In this document: one piece after another, positions 36,845-45,477 of the stretch
How positions within the stretch are numbered: position 1 is the first letter of the stretch
How the letters are laid out: each line of letters opens with the position of its first letter
Assembly (NCBI GenBank): GCA_019057385.1
Contig: JAHQJS010000007.1
Span: forward strand, 192,001-256,000
DNA length: 64,000 nt
Source of the DNA: Candidatus Borrarchaeum weybense
Lineage (GTDB): Archaea; Asgardarchaeota; Sifarchaeia; Borrarchaeales; Borrarchaeaceae
Reading direction: 5' to 3'
The notes under the pieces: generated by a model
Told to the model about the DNA's origin: nothing
Database searches by the model: none
What the model saw: the letters and a program-made list of their open reading frames with translations, nothing else
Made by a program: the position numbers and the translations under genes

Positions 36845-37174
36845 ATGAGATATCTAAACGCAGTATTAGGATTAATCCTTCATGTCATAATTATAATTCT
36901 CGCTTATCTACCGTTATTTGTACGATGTCTCAATTTGGGGTTCCATGAAACCTATCCTGTACTTATCCTTTTTTGGCTTCTATCTCTCAATGAGTTATTG
37001 TTGGCTATAACTCCACCTTCAGTTTTAGTCTTGCCAGTATGCTCGTTTTCAATTAGTATGGTTATTGGCTTTTTTTTCACTCATATTTTTCCATGGGTTT
37101 ATCCTTTTCTTGTATTCGGATTCATTCTTTTTGTACTGGGACTTCTCCTTCAGTTTTTGATAACCTTAATTTGA
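36845..37174 (+). CDS. Small 4-TM membrane protein
   Basis: Almost entirely hydrophobic ORF with GAGG RBS; divergent from the ATPase and upstream of the pilin. Confidence 0.6.
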   Translation: MRYLNAVLGLILHVIIIILAYLPLFVRCLNLGFHETYPVLILFWLLSLNELLLAITPPSVLVLPVCSFSISMVIGFFFTHIFPWVYPFLVFGFILFVLGLLLQFLITLI

Positions 37175-37304
37175 TCTGAAAGAATTACAAAAGTCGTGAG
37201 GTTTTTATATCTACATGCATGTAGCTTGTAAAGATTTTACAAATAAGAAACCTCTATTATGGGAATTCTTAAGGAGACTAAATACATAGAGAAAGGTGTG
37301 TTAA

Positions 37305-37490
37305 ATGATAAAGAAGTTTTTTCAGAATAAACGAGGTTCTCCTTTGATTGAAGAGGTTATGTTAATCGGAATGGCCATTCTTATGTTTGCACTGGTAATC
37401 AGTTTGATATTTGATATCTTTAATTGGACTGGTGCATCAACCTCCGAACTCTATCAAGAACTGGCCAATCTTTGGAGTGAGTTTCGTTGA
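37305..37490 (+). CDS. Small type IV (Flp-like) pilin with class III signal peptide
   Basis: MIKKFFQNKRG/SPLIE: basic leader, G at -1, E at +5, then a hydrophobic helix; AGGTG RBS. Confidence 0.75.
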   Translation: MIKKFFQNKRGSPLIEEVMLIGMAILMFALVISLIFDIFNWTGASTSELYQELANLWSEFR

Positions 37491-37547
37491 TGAAAATATT
37501 GTCTAAGGACAATATCTTCCAGTTCATGTTATTAAGGATCTAGGGAT

Positions 37548-40298
37548 TTAACTATTATTAACCAGATTTCTTAGAACTGTATGCAATATACCGCCGTTAC
37601 AGTAATATTCCACCTCAATAGGCGTGTCTAATCTTATAAGAACTTGAAATTTTATCTCATTTGCCTTCTTATCCTTAGCAATAACAGTTAACTCTCCTTT
37701 TGGCTCAATGTTCCTGATACCTAAAATATCGTAAACTTCATCGCCTTTTAGACCTAGTTTATTGGCGTTCTCTCCTTCCATGAACTGTAAAGGTAAGACC
37801 CCCATTCCTAATAAATTGCTTCGGTGAATTCGCTCAAAAGATTCGGCTATTACTGCTTCAACCCCTAAAAGTTGTGTGCCTTTAGCCGCCCAATCACGAG
37901 AACTTCCAGTACCATATTCTTTGCCTGCAATGATAATAAGCGGTAAATTTTTCTCTTGATAACGCATTGAAGCATCGTAAATCGGTATTTCCTCACCAGT
38001 TAACTGAAATAAAGTCCATCCGCCTTCCTTGTCATGAACCAATTTGTTTCTGAGACGTATATTACCAAATGTGCCTCGCATCATCACATCGTGATTGCCT
38101 CGTCTTGATCCAAAAGAATTGAAATCATCGATTTGAACTCCTTGGGATATTAGATACAAACCCGCTGGTTCATTAGAGGGAATTGCGCCTGCAGGGGAGA
38201 TATGATCTGTTGTAATGGTATCACCTAGAAGTGCAAGTAACCTAGCATCTTTAATATCATCTTTCTCAGGGGGCTCAAGCGGGAAATCAATAAAGAAGGG
38301 AGGCTCCTGAATATATGTTGAATTTGGATCCCATTCATAGAGTTTTCCTACTGGAACATCAAGTTCCTTCCAGAGTTGTGTACCTTCAAAGATTTCAGAA
38401 TATTGTGTGTCAAACATCTTGGCATCAACAGTTTTTTCCACAATTTCTTGGATTTCCTCAGATGTTGGCCAGATATCTTTGAGATATACTGGATTACTAT
38501 TAGGATCATAACCTAATGGCTCTCTTATTAGATCTATATTTATTGTACCTGCTATAGCATATGCAACTACTAGAGGCGGCGAGGCGAGATAATTTGCTTT
38601 AACAAGAGGATGTATCCTTCCTTCGAAATTTCTATTTCCACTGAGAACAGCAGCTACTACTAAATCATTTTCTTGAACAGTTTTTGCTATTTTTTCGGGA
38701 AGAGGCCCGCTGTTACCAATGCAGGTTGTGCATCCATAACCTGCTAAGTGGAAACCCAAAGCTTCTAAGTATGGTAAGAGTCCTGATTCTTTAAGATAGT
38801 CAGTCACCACTCGAGAACCGGGCGCAAGGCTTGTTTTAACGTGGGAGCTGACCTTAAGCCCATGTTTTACTGCCTTTCTCGCTAATAGTCCTGCTCCCAA
38901 CATTACTGAAGGATTTGAAGTATTTGTACATGATGTTATAGCCGCGATCACAATTGAACCATTAATAATATCAGACGATTTGAAATGATCTACTGGACTT
39001 GTTACGCTGTAATCTTTTACATTATCCTCCAGCAAGCGTTTATAGTTATGGTTTTCTAACTCTTTCCTAATTTCTATTTTCTTGCCGAAAGTTCTATCCA
39101 TAGCTTCCAGAAATGTGTTCTTCATCTCGCCAAGAGGTATGCGATCCTGTGGTCTTTTCGGTCCCGCTAGGCTTGGTTCTACAGTTCCTAGATCTAATTC
39201 TAATGTTTCGCTGAAAAGTGGCTCAGGTGCATTCTCGGTCAAAAAAAGGCCTTGTTCAATGGCATATAGTTTAACTAATTCAACTTGCTCCTTCTTCCTT
39301 CCAGTTAACAAAAGGTAATCTAATGTCTTTTCATCAATTGGAAAGAAGCCGATTGTAGCGCCATACTCTGGTGACATGTTGGCGATGGTAGCTCGGTCAG
39401 GCAGGCTAAGCTTACTGACTCCTGATCCATAAAATTCAACGAATTTGCCTACAACGCCATGTTCCCTTAGTATTTGAGTAACCCTAAGGACAAGATCTGT
39501 GGCTGTTACACCTTCTTTTAATTCACCATATAACTTAACACCGACTACTTCTGGAACTGGCATATAATAAGGTTGACCAAGCATAACAGCCTCAGCTTCT
39601 ATTCCACCTACACCCCAACCCAAAATCCCTAAGCCATTTATCATAGTTGTATGAGAATCAGTACCAACAAGATTATCTGGATAGGCAACTAACTCACCGT
39701 TTACATTTCTTAACTGAACAACTTTGCCAAGATATTCCAAGTTTACTTGGTGTACAATTCCTCTTCCAGGAGGAACAACTCGAAAGTTATCGAAATTTAA
39801 CTGAGCCCAGCGTAGGAGCGCATAACGCTCGCGGTTACGTTCAAACTCCTTTTTCTCGTTAAATTGTCTGGCATATGATGTGCCAAAATAATCAACCTGA
39901 ACAGAATGATCAATTACAAGATCTGCGGGTATAAGAGGGTTAATATTAGCAGGATTTCCACCAAGTCTTTTAATGGCTGATCTCAAGGCTACAAGATCAA
40001 CTACTGCTGGGACTCCAGTAAAATCTTGCAAAACTACCCTTGCCGGAATGAAAGGAAGCTCACGTTCAAGTGTTTTATCAGGACTCCACTTAGCTAGTGC
40101 TTCTACATCTTCTTTAGTGACAATTCGACCGTCGATCTGACGTAAGAGTGCCTCTAATAGTATTCTAATAGAATAAGGAAGACGAGAAACGTTTCCAATC
40201 CCTATCTCTTCAAGTTTGCTAAGACGGTAGATTGTAATTTTTTTTTCATTGAGCTCAAGAGTATCTTTAGCCCCAAAAGCGTCTATGTTTGAACTCAT
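37548..40298 (-). CDS. acnA: Aconitate hydratase (AcnA/IRP type)
   Basis: LQDFTGVPAVVD, DHSVQVD, GTDSHT, SCTNTSNP, GCTTCIGNSG, YGTGSSRDWAAKG. Start placed at ATG 40298 (GGTGA RBS). Confidence 0.97.
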   Translation of the reverse strand: MSSNIDAFGAKDTLELNEKKITIYRLSKLEEIGIGNVSRLPYSIRILLEALLRQIDGRIVTKEDVEALAKWSPDKTLERELPFIPARVVLQDFTGVPAVVDLVALRSAIKRLGGNPANINPLIPADLVIDHSVQVDYFGTSYARQFNEKKEFERNRERYALLRWAQLNFDNFRVVPPGRGIVHQVNLEYLGKVVQLRNVNGELVAYPDNLVGTDSHTTMINGLGILGWGVGGIEAEAVMLGQPYYMPVPEVVGVKLYGELKEGVTATDLVLRVTQILREHGVVGKFVEFYGSGVSKLSLPDRATIANMSPEYGATIGFFPIDEKTLDYLLLTGRKKEQVELVKLYAIEQGLFLTENAPEPLFSETLELDLGTVEPSLAGPKRPQDRIPLGEMKNTFLEAMDRTFGKKIEIRKELENHNYKRLLEDNVKDYSVTSPVDHFKSSDIINGSIVIAAITSCTNTSNPSVMLGAGLLARKAVKHGLKVSSHVKTSLAPGSRVVTDYLKESGLLPYLEALGFHLAGYGCTTCIGNSGPLPEKIAKTVQENDLVVAAVLSGNRNFEGRIHPLVKANYLASPPLVVAYAIAGTINIDLIREPLGYDPNSNPVYLKDIWPTSEEIQEIVEKTVDAKMFDTQYSEIFEGTQLWKELDVPVGKLYEWDPNSTYIQEPPFFIDFPLEPPEKDDIKDARLLALLGDTITTDHISPAGAIPSNEPAGLYLISQGVQIDDFNSFGSRRGNHDVMMRGTFGNIRLRNKLVHDKEGGWTLFQLTGEEIPIYDASMRYQEKNLPLIIIAGKEYGTGSSRDWAAKGTQLLGVEAVIAESFERIHRSNLLGMGVLPLQFMEGENANKLGLKGDEVYDILGIRNIEPKGELTVIAKDKKANEIKFQVLIRLDTPIEVEYYCNGGILHTVLRNLVNNS

Positions 40299-40350
40299 AG
40301 CTTTCACCTTGATATCCACATTTAAAGTAGCAAGAACTCTTAGGAGTTCA

Positions 40351-40926
40351 TTAGTCATGGATTTTCTTTAACAACCAGGCCATGTTTTGACCGAGTACCT
40401 TCATTGTACGTAAACCTTCTTCATCTTGTTCAACTTCTCCTTTGTTGCGACCGATTCCCATATTCCAGTAACTAGAACCAGGAACCAACCACTGCCCTAT
40501 TAGGAAGAAATGGTTTATAGAATCGAAGGCATGGATTGAACCAGCTCGCCGAACTGCAACGACTGCAGCACCGACTTTACGCTTAAACATATCATCATTT
40601 GCTCTTGCAACTAATCCAGCACGATCAATTAGTGATTTCATTTCTGAAGTTATGTCTGCAACGTAAGTAGGTGAACCCAAGATTACGCCGTCAGCATCAA
40701 GCATTTTTTCAATGCATTCATTAGCTATATCATTTTTTACGGAGCATTGCTTATCCTTATTTTCGAAGCATTTGTAGCAAGCGATACAACCATTGATTTT
40801 CTTACCGGCTAGTTGAATCATCTCAGTTTCAATACCTTCATTCTCAAGTTCTTGGAAAACATGCTTGATAAGTATAGCGGTGTTTCCATCCTTACGTGCG
40901 CTTCCATTGAATGCCACAACTTTCAT
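40351..40926 (-). CDS. Iron-sulfur flavoprotein / multimeric flavodoxin (Isf/WrbA family)
   Basis: [16 protein letters not shown]-x7-C, LGSPTY. Confidence 0.9.
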   Translation of the reverse strand: MKVVAFNGSARKDGNTAILIKHVFQELENEGIETEMIQLAGKKINGCIACYKCFENKDKQCSVKNDIANECIEKMLDADGVILGSPTYVADITSEMKSLIDRAGLVARANDDMFKRKVGAAVVAVRRAGSIHAFDSINHFFLIGQWLVPGSSYWNMGIGRNKGEVEQDEEGLRTMKVLGQNMAWLLKKIHD

Positions 40927-40932
40927 TTTATT

Positions 40933-41508
40933 TTACTCCTTTTTTAATTTCTTGCCGATTCCCCACGCTTTACCTAAATATTCACCTACAGCCCAGAAAC
41001 TGTTATCAGGCATGGTTAAAACGAATGGGTTGATTTTTTTGATATCAGGTTTGCCATCCTTGGTGAGATATTTCTCCTCAGTATAGGCTGCAACTATCTC
41101 ACCAATATACAAATTATTTGTAGGAAGTTCGTGGATATCAAAAAGTCTACACTCAATATTCATTCGGCATTGTTTTATCATTGGGGCAGTTTTCAATTCT
41201 CCGTAAAATACATCAAAAAGGTCTGATTTATCGGTTTTTCTTCCTGAAACCAGTCCACAATAATCCGTTTCTTCAATCATCTCAATGCTTGGAATGTTTA
41301 CACTGAAGGTTTCGTTCTCTCGAATACCTTCTGATGTATAATGCCGATTATTTATTCCTGCAACAAGTAGTGGCGGTTTGTAATTGCATCTGTTGATCCA
41401 CCCCACAGCCATAAAATTGGGGCGTCCTCCGACGTTTACACCAACCAACGTCATTGGCATGGGATATACAAAAGCTGTAGTTCCGATATTGATTTTTTCC
41501 ATTATCAT
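40933..41508 (-). CDS. Flavin reductase / flavoredoxin family protein
   Basis: YPMPMTLVG, NFMAVGW, FSVNIP, CGLVSGR..DK, NIEC. Confidence 0.9.
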   Translation of the reverse strand: MIMEKINIGTTAFVYPMPMTLVGVNVGGRPNFMAVGWINRCNYKPPLLVAGINNRHYTSEGIRENETFSVNIPSIEMIEETDYCGLVSGRKTDKSDLFDVFYGELKTAPMIKQCRMNIECRLFDIHELPTNNLYIGEIVAAYTEEKYLTKDGKPDIKKINPFVLTMPDNSFWAVGEYLGKAWGIGKKLKKE

Positions 41509-41572
41509 TTTGCTCCATTACCTATTTATTGTGAATTTATCATTTTATCTTTAATTCTATATGAAGTTTTTC

Positions 41573-42427
41573 TTAGTGGCTATCCAATTGTGTGAGTTCT
41601 ACACTAATGTCCCATAATTTTTGAGCAATTACTTCGTCATATGACTCTGTTGACGACTTTGCTACTTTTTTTCTTATGAAATATTTTCCAGTTACATTTT
41701 CGACATCGGGAGACGTAGCTAAGAAAATCGAAGTTTCTGCGCCCCTGCGAAGTTTATTGAAAGATTTTGAGGATATCTGGTGTTCTACATGAGTAGTTGA
41801 TCCAATATTAGTATCAATAACGCCTGGGTGTAAGCAATTTACAGTAACATTTGTATGCTTTAGTCTTTTGGCTAGTTCATAAGTAAAAAGTATAAGGGCT
41901 AGTTTAGATTGGCTGTATGCTGTCCATGCGTCATATCTATTTTCATTTTGAAGATCGTCAAGATTAAGATGAGACCATGTATGAGTTGCGGATGAAACAT
42001 TAATAATCCGTGCCGGTGCACTGGCTTTGATTGTATCAAGTAGTAAATGTGTAAGTAAGAATGGTGCTAAGAAATTAACTGCAAAGGTTGTTTCAATTCC
42101 ATCTATCGTCACTGAACGATTCTGAAGCAAAACACCAGCATTATTAATCAGTACATGGAGGTTTTGATATTTACTTTTGAAATCGGCGACCAACTGTATC
42201 ATAGCCTTTTGTGATGACAGATCGGCAATCAACAGATCAACTGATTGATTCCCTGTTTTTTCACGAATTTCTTCCCTTGCATCCTTTCCCCATTTTTGAT
42301 TACGACAAACCATAATCACTGTTGCATCCATTTCTGCCAAACCTAGAGCTGTTGCTTTCCCAATTCCAGAATTAGCTCCTGTGATCATGCAAATTTTTCC
42401 GTTCATGTTGAAAACCACCCTCATCAC
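41573..42427 (-). CDS. Short-chain dehydrogenase/reductase (retinol-DH-like)
   Basis: TGANSGIG, INNAG, NVSS, YSQSK, HPG. Start may be the ATG at 42406. Confidence 0.92.
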   Translation of the reverse strand: MMRVVFNMNGKICMITGANSGIGKATALGLAEMDATVIMVCRNQKWGKDAREEIREKTGNQSVDLLIADLSSQKAMIQLVADFKSKYQNLHVLINNAGVLLQNRSVTIDGIETTFAVNFLAPFLLTHLLLDTIKASAPARIINVSSATHTWSHLNLDDLQNENRYDAWTAYSQSKLALILFTYELAKRLKHTNVTVNCLHPGVIDTNIGSTTHVEHQISSKSFNKLRRGAETSIFLATSPDVENVTGKYFIRKKVAKSSTESYDEVIAQKLWDISVELTQLDSH

Positions 42428-42528
42428 CCAAATACTATTCTTTGAATAAAGGCAAAAGAGATTATATCATAATATCTATCTAGGCATTAGTTCTAATGAA
42501 CAACTCTACCAATAAAATTGCGTTTGTA

Positions 42529-43569
42529 TTATCCTCTTAATGCCCGATATGTCATATAAATGAAGATTACTGGTCCAAAAAGAAAGATTGCAAGAAATGC
42601 AATTGTAGAGATGATCAAGAATGGTTGCGGAATAATACAAAATACTACTGATAATCCCACGAATAAACCACTATAGATAAGAAAATCTCTGAAATTGAAT
42701 AAGCGTTCTTTGAAGTACGAATCATTTAATGGTATTTCATTCTCAATTGGTTTGCTAAACTTGACAAGTAAAATAATAGCCAGGTAAATTAATATCATTA
42801 AAATGATCGGTAAGAAACCTGGAATTCGTTCTGGAACTAAAATGAAGAAAGTAACAACGTATAATATTGCCAGATATACTATAGTGACAATAAAACCCGT
42901 TTTCCCAAGTTGCAAAGAATGAATTGAAAACGATTGTCTTTGAGCTAGTTTTGTAAAAAGTACAATTAATACTACTGTTCCGAGTGATGCTCCAATTGTC
43001 AGTAGAACATTATAACCAGTATTTAACGACAAAAAGAGTGAACCAATAATAACTAACAATATAATGAATACGATATTTTTTCTCTTCGGATAAAGATATT
43101 TAGCATGATTTGGAAGAATTTCTGTAGTGATTTGTTCAGAGTTCTTGTTTTCTGTTACAAAAACTTGAAACACCATTATCGGCATAATAAACGCTAAAAA
43201 AGGATGCCAAAAGAACACCAAAGTCGAAAATTCAAGGATAGCAATTCCACCTATAGTACCAAGTATAGGATCCTGCCCGATATAACCCGCCCAGAGAACT
43301 TTAGTTATCCAAGATTCATATAAAGCAAATAACATACCCCACAGATACAATTGATGCATTGAGGTGCGTTTTGTTCGAAAGGCAAGATTGAGAAAAAATA
43401 TTGTATGAGCAAAATATAGTGGCCATGTCACAATCAGCGACCAGGGATCAATAAACCAAAGCCGAGTTGCAGACGCACCGGAAAAAATTTCTGCAAAGAA
43501 CATCGATAATGTACCAATTAGGAGAAAAGAAATCAATCTTGTCTTTGATGTTGACTCTGTTTGAATCAT
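42529..43569 (-). CDS. Polytopic membrane protein of unknown function
   Basis: About 10 hydrophobic segments; LFALYESWITKVLW. Confidence 0.8.
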   Translation of the reverse strand: MIQTESTSKTRLISFLLIGTLSMFFAEIFSGASATRLWFIDPWSLIVTWPLYFAHTIFFLNLAFRTKRTSMHQLYLWGMLFALYESWITKVLWAGYIGQDPILGTIGGIAILEFSTLVFFWHPFLAFIMPIMVFQVFVTENKNSEQITTEILPNHAKYLYPKRKNIVFIILLVIIGSLFLSLNTGYNVLLTIGASLGTVVLIVLFTKLAQRQSFSIHSLQLGKTGFIVTIVYLAILYVVTFFILVPERIPGFLPIILMILIYLAIILLVKFSKPIENEIPLNDSYFKERLFNFRDFLIYSGLFVGLSVVFCIIPQPFLIISTIAFLAIFLFGPVIFIYMTYRALRG

Positions 43570-43612
43570 ATTTTAAAACCGGGCAAACAACTACAAAAAG
43601 ATTCCCGATAAC

Positions 43613-44230
43613 TCATTCACCGGCAAGTTCTCGTTCCCAGCAAGGGATGCAGTAAAATTTGTCATTTAAAACCCTTGCTCTAGTTTCCATGACCATGAGC
43701 CCGCATTTTGAACATTTTACTGAATTAAGAATCCGAGCACGCTCTGGAATCTTGATATCAACATTTTTGACGACGAAAAGTTCATCATCGGAAATAGTCA
43801 GCAGTTTTTTCAGCATATCTTGTCTAGCTTTTCGTAATACGGCGTTTTCTTCTTCAGTCAAAGGTATGTTCTGATTCTGTTTTCGCAATATCTCACGTCT
43901 CTGTTCTGATTCCTCTTGAAAAACATCTGCTTTAAGTTCGATTCTTATTTGTTTCCCAGAATTCCGTTCTATGAACGTATAGGCATGAAGACCGTGATCT
44001 TGAAACACCAGATTTCCTTTACCAAAAGTCGTACCATTTATGTACTGGATTGCGTCGACTGCGCAAGTATCATTCTCCACGATTGCTACTAGTTCTTCAT
44101 CCCCACTACGATCAAGTTTAAGTTCCTTTCTGGCTAATATTGCGACTCTGTATCCTATAACAACTCCAGGACAAAAGTGTCCATGAAATTCAACTGCATT
44201 TTTCAATTCCAAGGGGATTTCTTCTTGCAT
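43613..44230 (-). CDS. fmdE: FmdE/FwdE family protein with C-terminal zinc finger
   Basis: FHGHFCPG, ENDTCAVDAIQ..GTTFGKGN, CSKCG...CIPC. Confidence 0.9.
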   Translation of the reverse strand: MQEEIPLELKNAVEFHGHFCPGVVIGYRVAILARKELKLDRSGDEELVAIVENDTCAVDAIQYINGTTFGKGNLVFQDHGLHAYTFIERNSGKQIRIELKADVFQEESEQRREILRKQNQNIPLTEEENAVLRKARQDMLKKLLTISDDELFVVKNVDIKIPERARILNSVKCSKCGLMVMETRARVLNDKFYCIPCWERELAGE

Positions 44231-44239
44231 AATATTTCC

Positions 44240-45208
44240 TCAAAGGTTTTCTTTGGGTTTTGCTTTTTGTTGAATTGCTAGATTATATGTGAACTACCAC
44301 CCAACAAGTTAGGTGGCTTCTGTCCTCCTAGACTGTTCTGCTTAGCCAACACGGTTGGTTACATTAAGCCTAGTCATCGACAGTTCGGGCTGGTCCACGG
44401 CAGCCCCCGTCCCTCAAGGGACACTTGAGGTCCGACAGTACCCTCATCGGTACTGTGTCTTGTGTACGCTCCCAACGCCAAGCCAGACACCTCGGCATAC
44501 TGCACACTGAGATGGTAGCTAACTGCTATTTAAGTTTTAGGGAGAGCGGTGTGAAAGTGAAACTCTCTACCGCAATTCATCCCCCCAACACGTTGAGGGG
44601 TCTTCTTGCGAATTGGTTATAAATTTTTGATCTTTATTATTTTCAGTTAAGGCAATTACTTCGTCAAACATTTCATTTGCTGTTTCTTTGTTCCCAATTC
44701 TACGGTTTATCTCTGCCATTAAGTATTTAGTTGCAAAAACCCGGTCACTAGGAACTTGTCCTTTACCAACCGCCTTTTCGAAGTAGTCTAAAACAATCGC
44801 TCCAAATCTTTTTTCTTCTTCATTGCTTTCTGCCCACCAGTATGGATCTATCCAGTTATTTGCAAGGGCAAATTCATCTTTCTTAGTTAGTTCCAATTCA
44901 TTCATCGCTTCTAGGCATAACATTGCGCGTTCAAGTTTTTTTGATAACGAATTTCTTGAAAGAGAACCCATTTCATTAATCTTTTTTCTCAATTCTGCAT
45001 TTTCCACTTTAGCATCAAACATTTTTTTAGGCGCACAGAAACCACAATTAGGACAAAGATGGTAAAAAAATCTCACAGGATTAAAGCCCCAATAATTAGG
45101 TCGAAAATCTGTGCGCTTAGATCCATATCCACAGCTTCCTATCTCATTGCTAGTAAAGAGGTTGTCGCAAATTGGACACGTAAGGGAAATCGGGTAAAGA
45201 GTAGTCAT
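44240..45208 (-). CDS. DUF2225-like Zn-finger/TPR protein, interrupted near its 3' end by the MITE
   Basis: CPIC...DFRP...CPNCGF, YLMAEINRRIG. Currently ends inside the MITE at 44567; the native tail FIYNLAIQQKAKPKENL* lies at 44288-44240. Confidence 0.8.
44270..44500 (-). ncRNA. Putative orphan TnpB omegaRNA (reRNA) scaffold plus flank-derived guide
   Basis: Stems at 44435-44456 (ACAGTACC/GGTACTGT), 44412-44430 (CCTCAAG/CTTGAGG), 44387-44406 (GGGCTG/CAGCCC), 44344-44360 and the right-end hairpin, all downstream of a BRE-TATA. Boundaries approximate. Confidence 0.55.
44289..44618 (-). mobile_element. 330-bp non-autonomous IS200/IS605 derivative (MITE)
   Basis: Minus strand: TTTAT target motif (44619-44623), left end AACCAATTCGCAAGAAGACCCCTCAACGTGTTGGGGGGATGAATTGCG, right end GAAGCCACCTAACTTGTTGGGTGGTAGTTCAC. 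Removing it restores the host ORF. Confidence 0.88.
44527..44538 (-). promoter_or_regulatory. BRE-TATA promoter inside the MITE
   Basis: AAAACTTAAATA on the minus strand just inside the left-end hairpin. Confidence 0.55.
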
Positions 45209-45477
45209 GGTTAAATACTTAGTTTAAACAAAATTAAATCTTTGCAGATCAATTAACAGGAAATTTTCTCTCGAAAGAAGGCTAGATTATTTAACGTCAA
45301 ACAAATCGGAGCTCCTTTTTATTAATCCATTGACTTATTTGCTATTATCAATAGATACACACTAATTCTTTTAACCAAAGTTTGCAAAGTATTGATAAAC
45401 TAAAGGAACTATGACTAACATCATAATCCAAAATAATTTAAAAAATTTCAACTCTTTATGAGCTGAGAGGTGGTCTC

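Noticed and set aside
21284-37305. Sulfolobus-type ANTTTC DNA-damage promoter motif upstream of the pilus/tfb/ATPase genes
   Set aside because: Matches exist (about 21391, 22062, 36773) but not at a consistent distance from TATA boxes, and such hexamers are expected by chance in AT-rich DNA.
21580-37490. Integrated conjugative element or provirus
   Set aside because: No integrase, relaxase, att repeats or capsid genes were seen; composition is host-like apart from one gene, and cdc6-wHTH looks chromosomal.
40299-40358. N-terminal extensions given by the ORF track for aconitase (also for ORFs starting at 10203, 48622, 55590, 58880)
   Set aside because: Downstream starts have better RBS or family-typical N-termini and avoid long overlaps with neighbouring genes.
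44289-44618. IStron (group I intron-IS hybrid) explanation for the in-gene insertion
   Set aside because: No recognisable group I core elements; the element ends in TCAC rather than a terminal G, and its length is accounted for by IS ends plus the omegaRNA-like region.
44425-44622. 65-aa plus-strand ORF, and a 42-codon minus-strand ORF, inside the MITE
   Set aside because: They lie within structured element ends and RNA stems with no protein features; likely incidental or a tnpB deletion scar.
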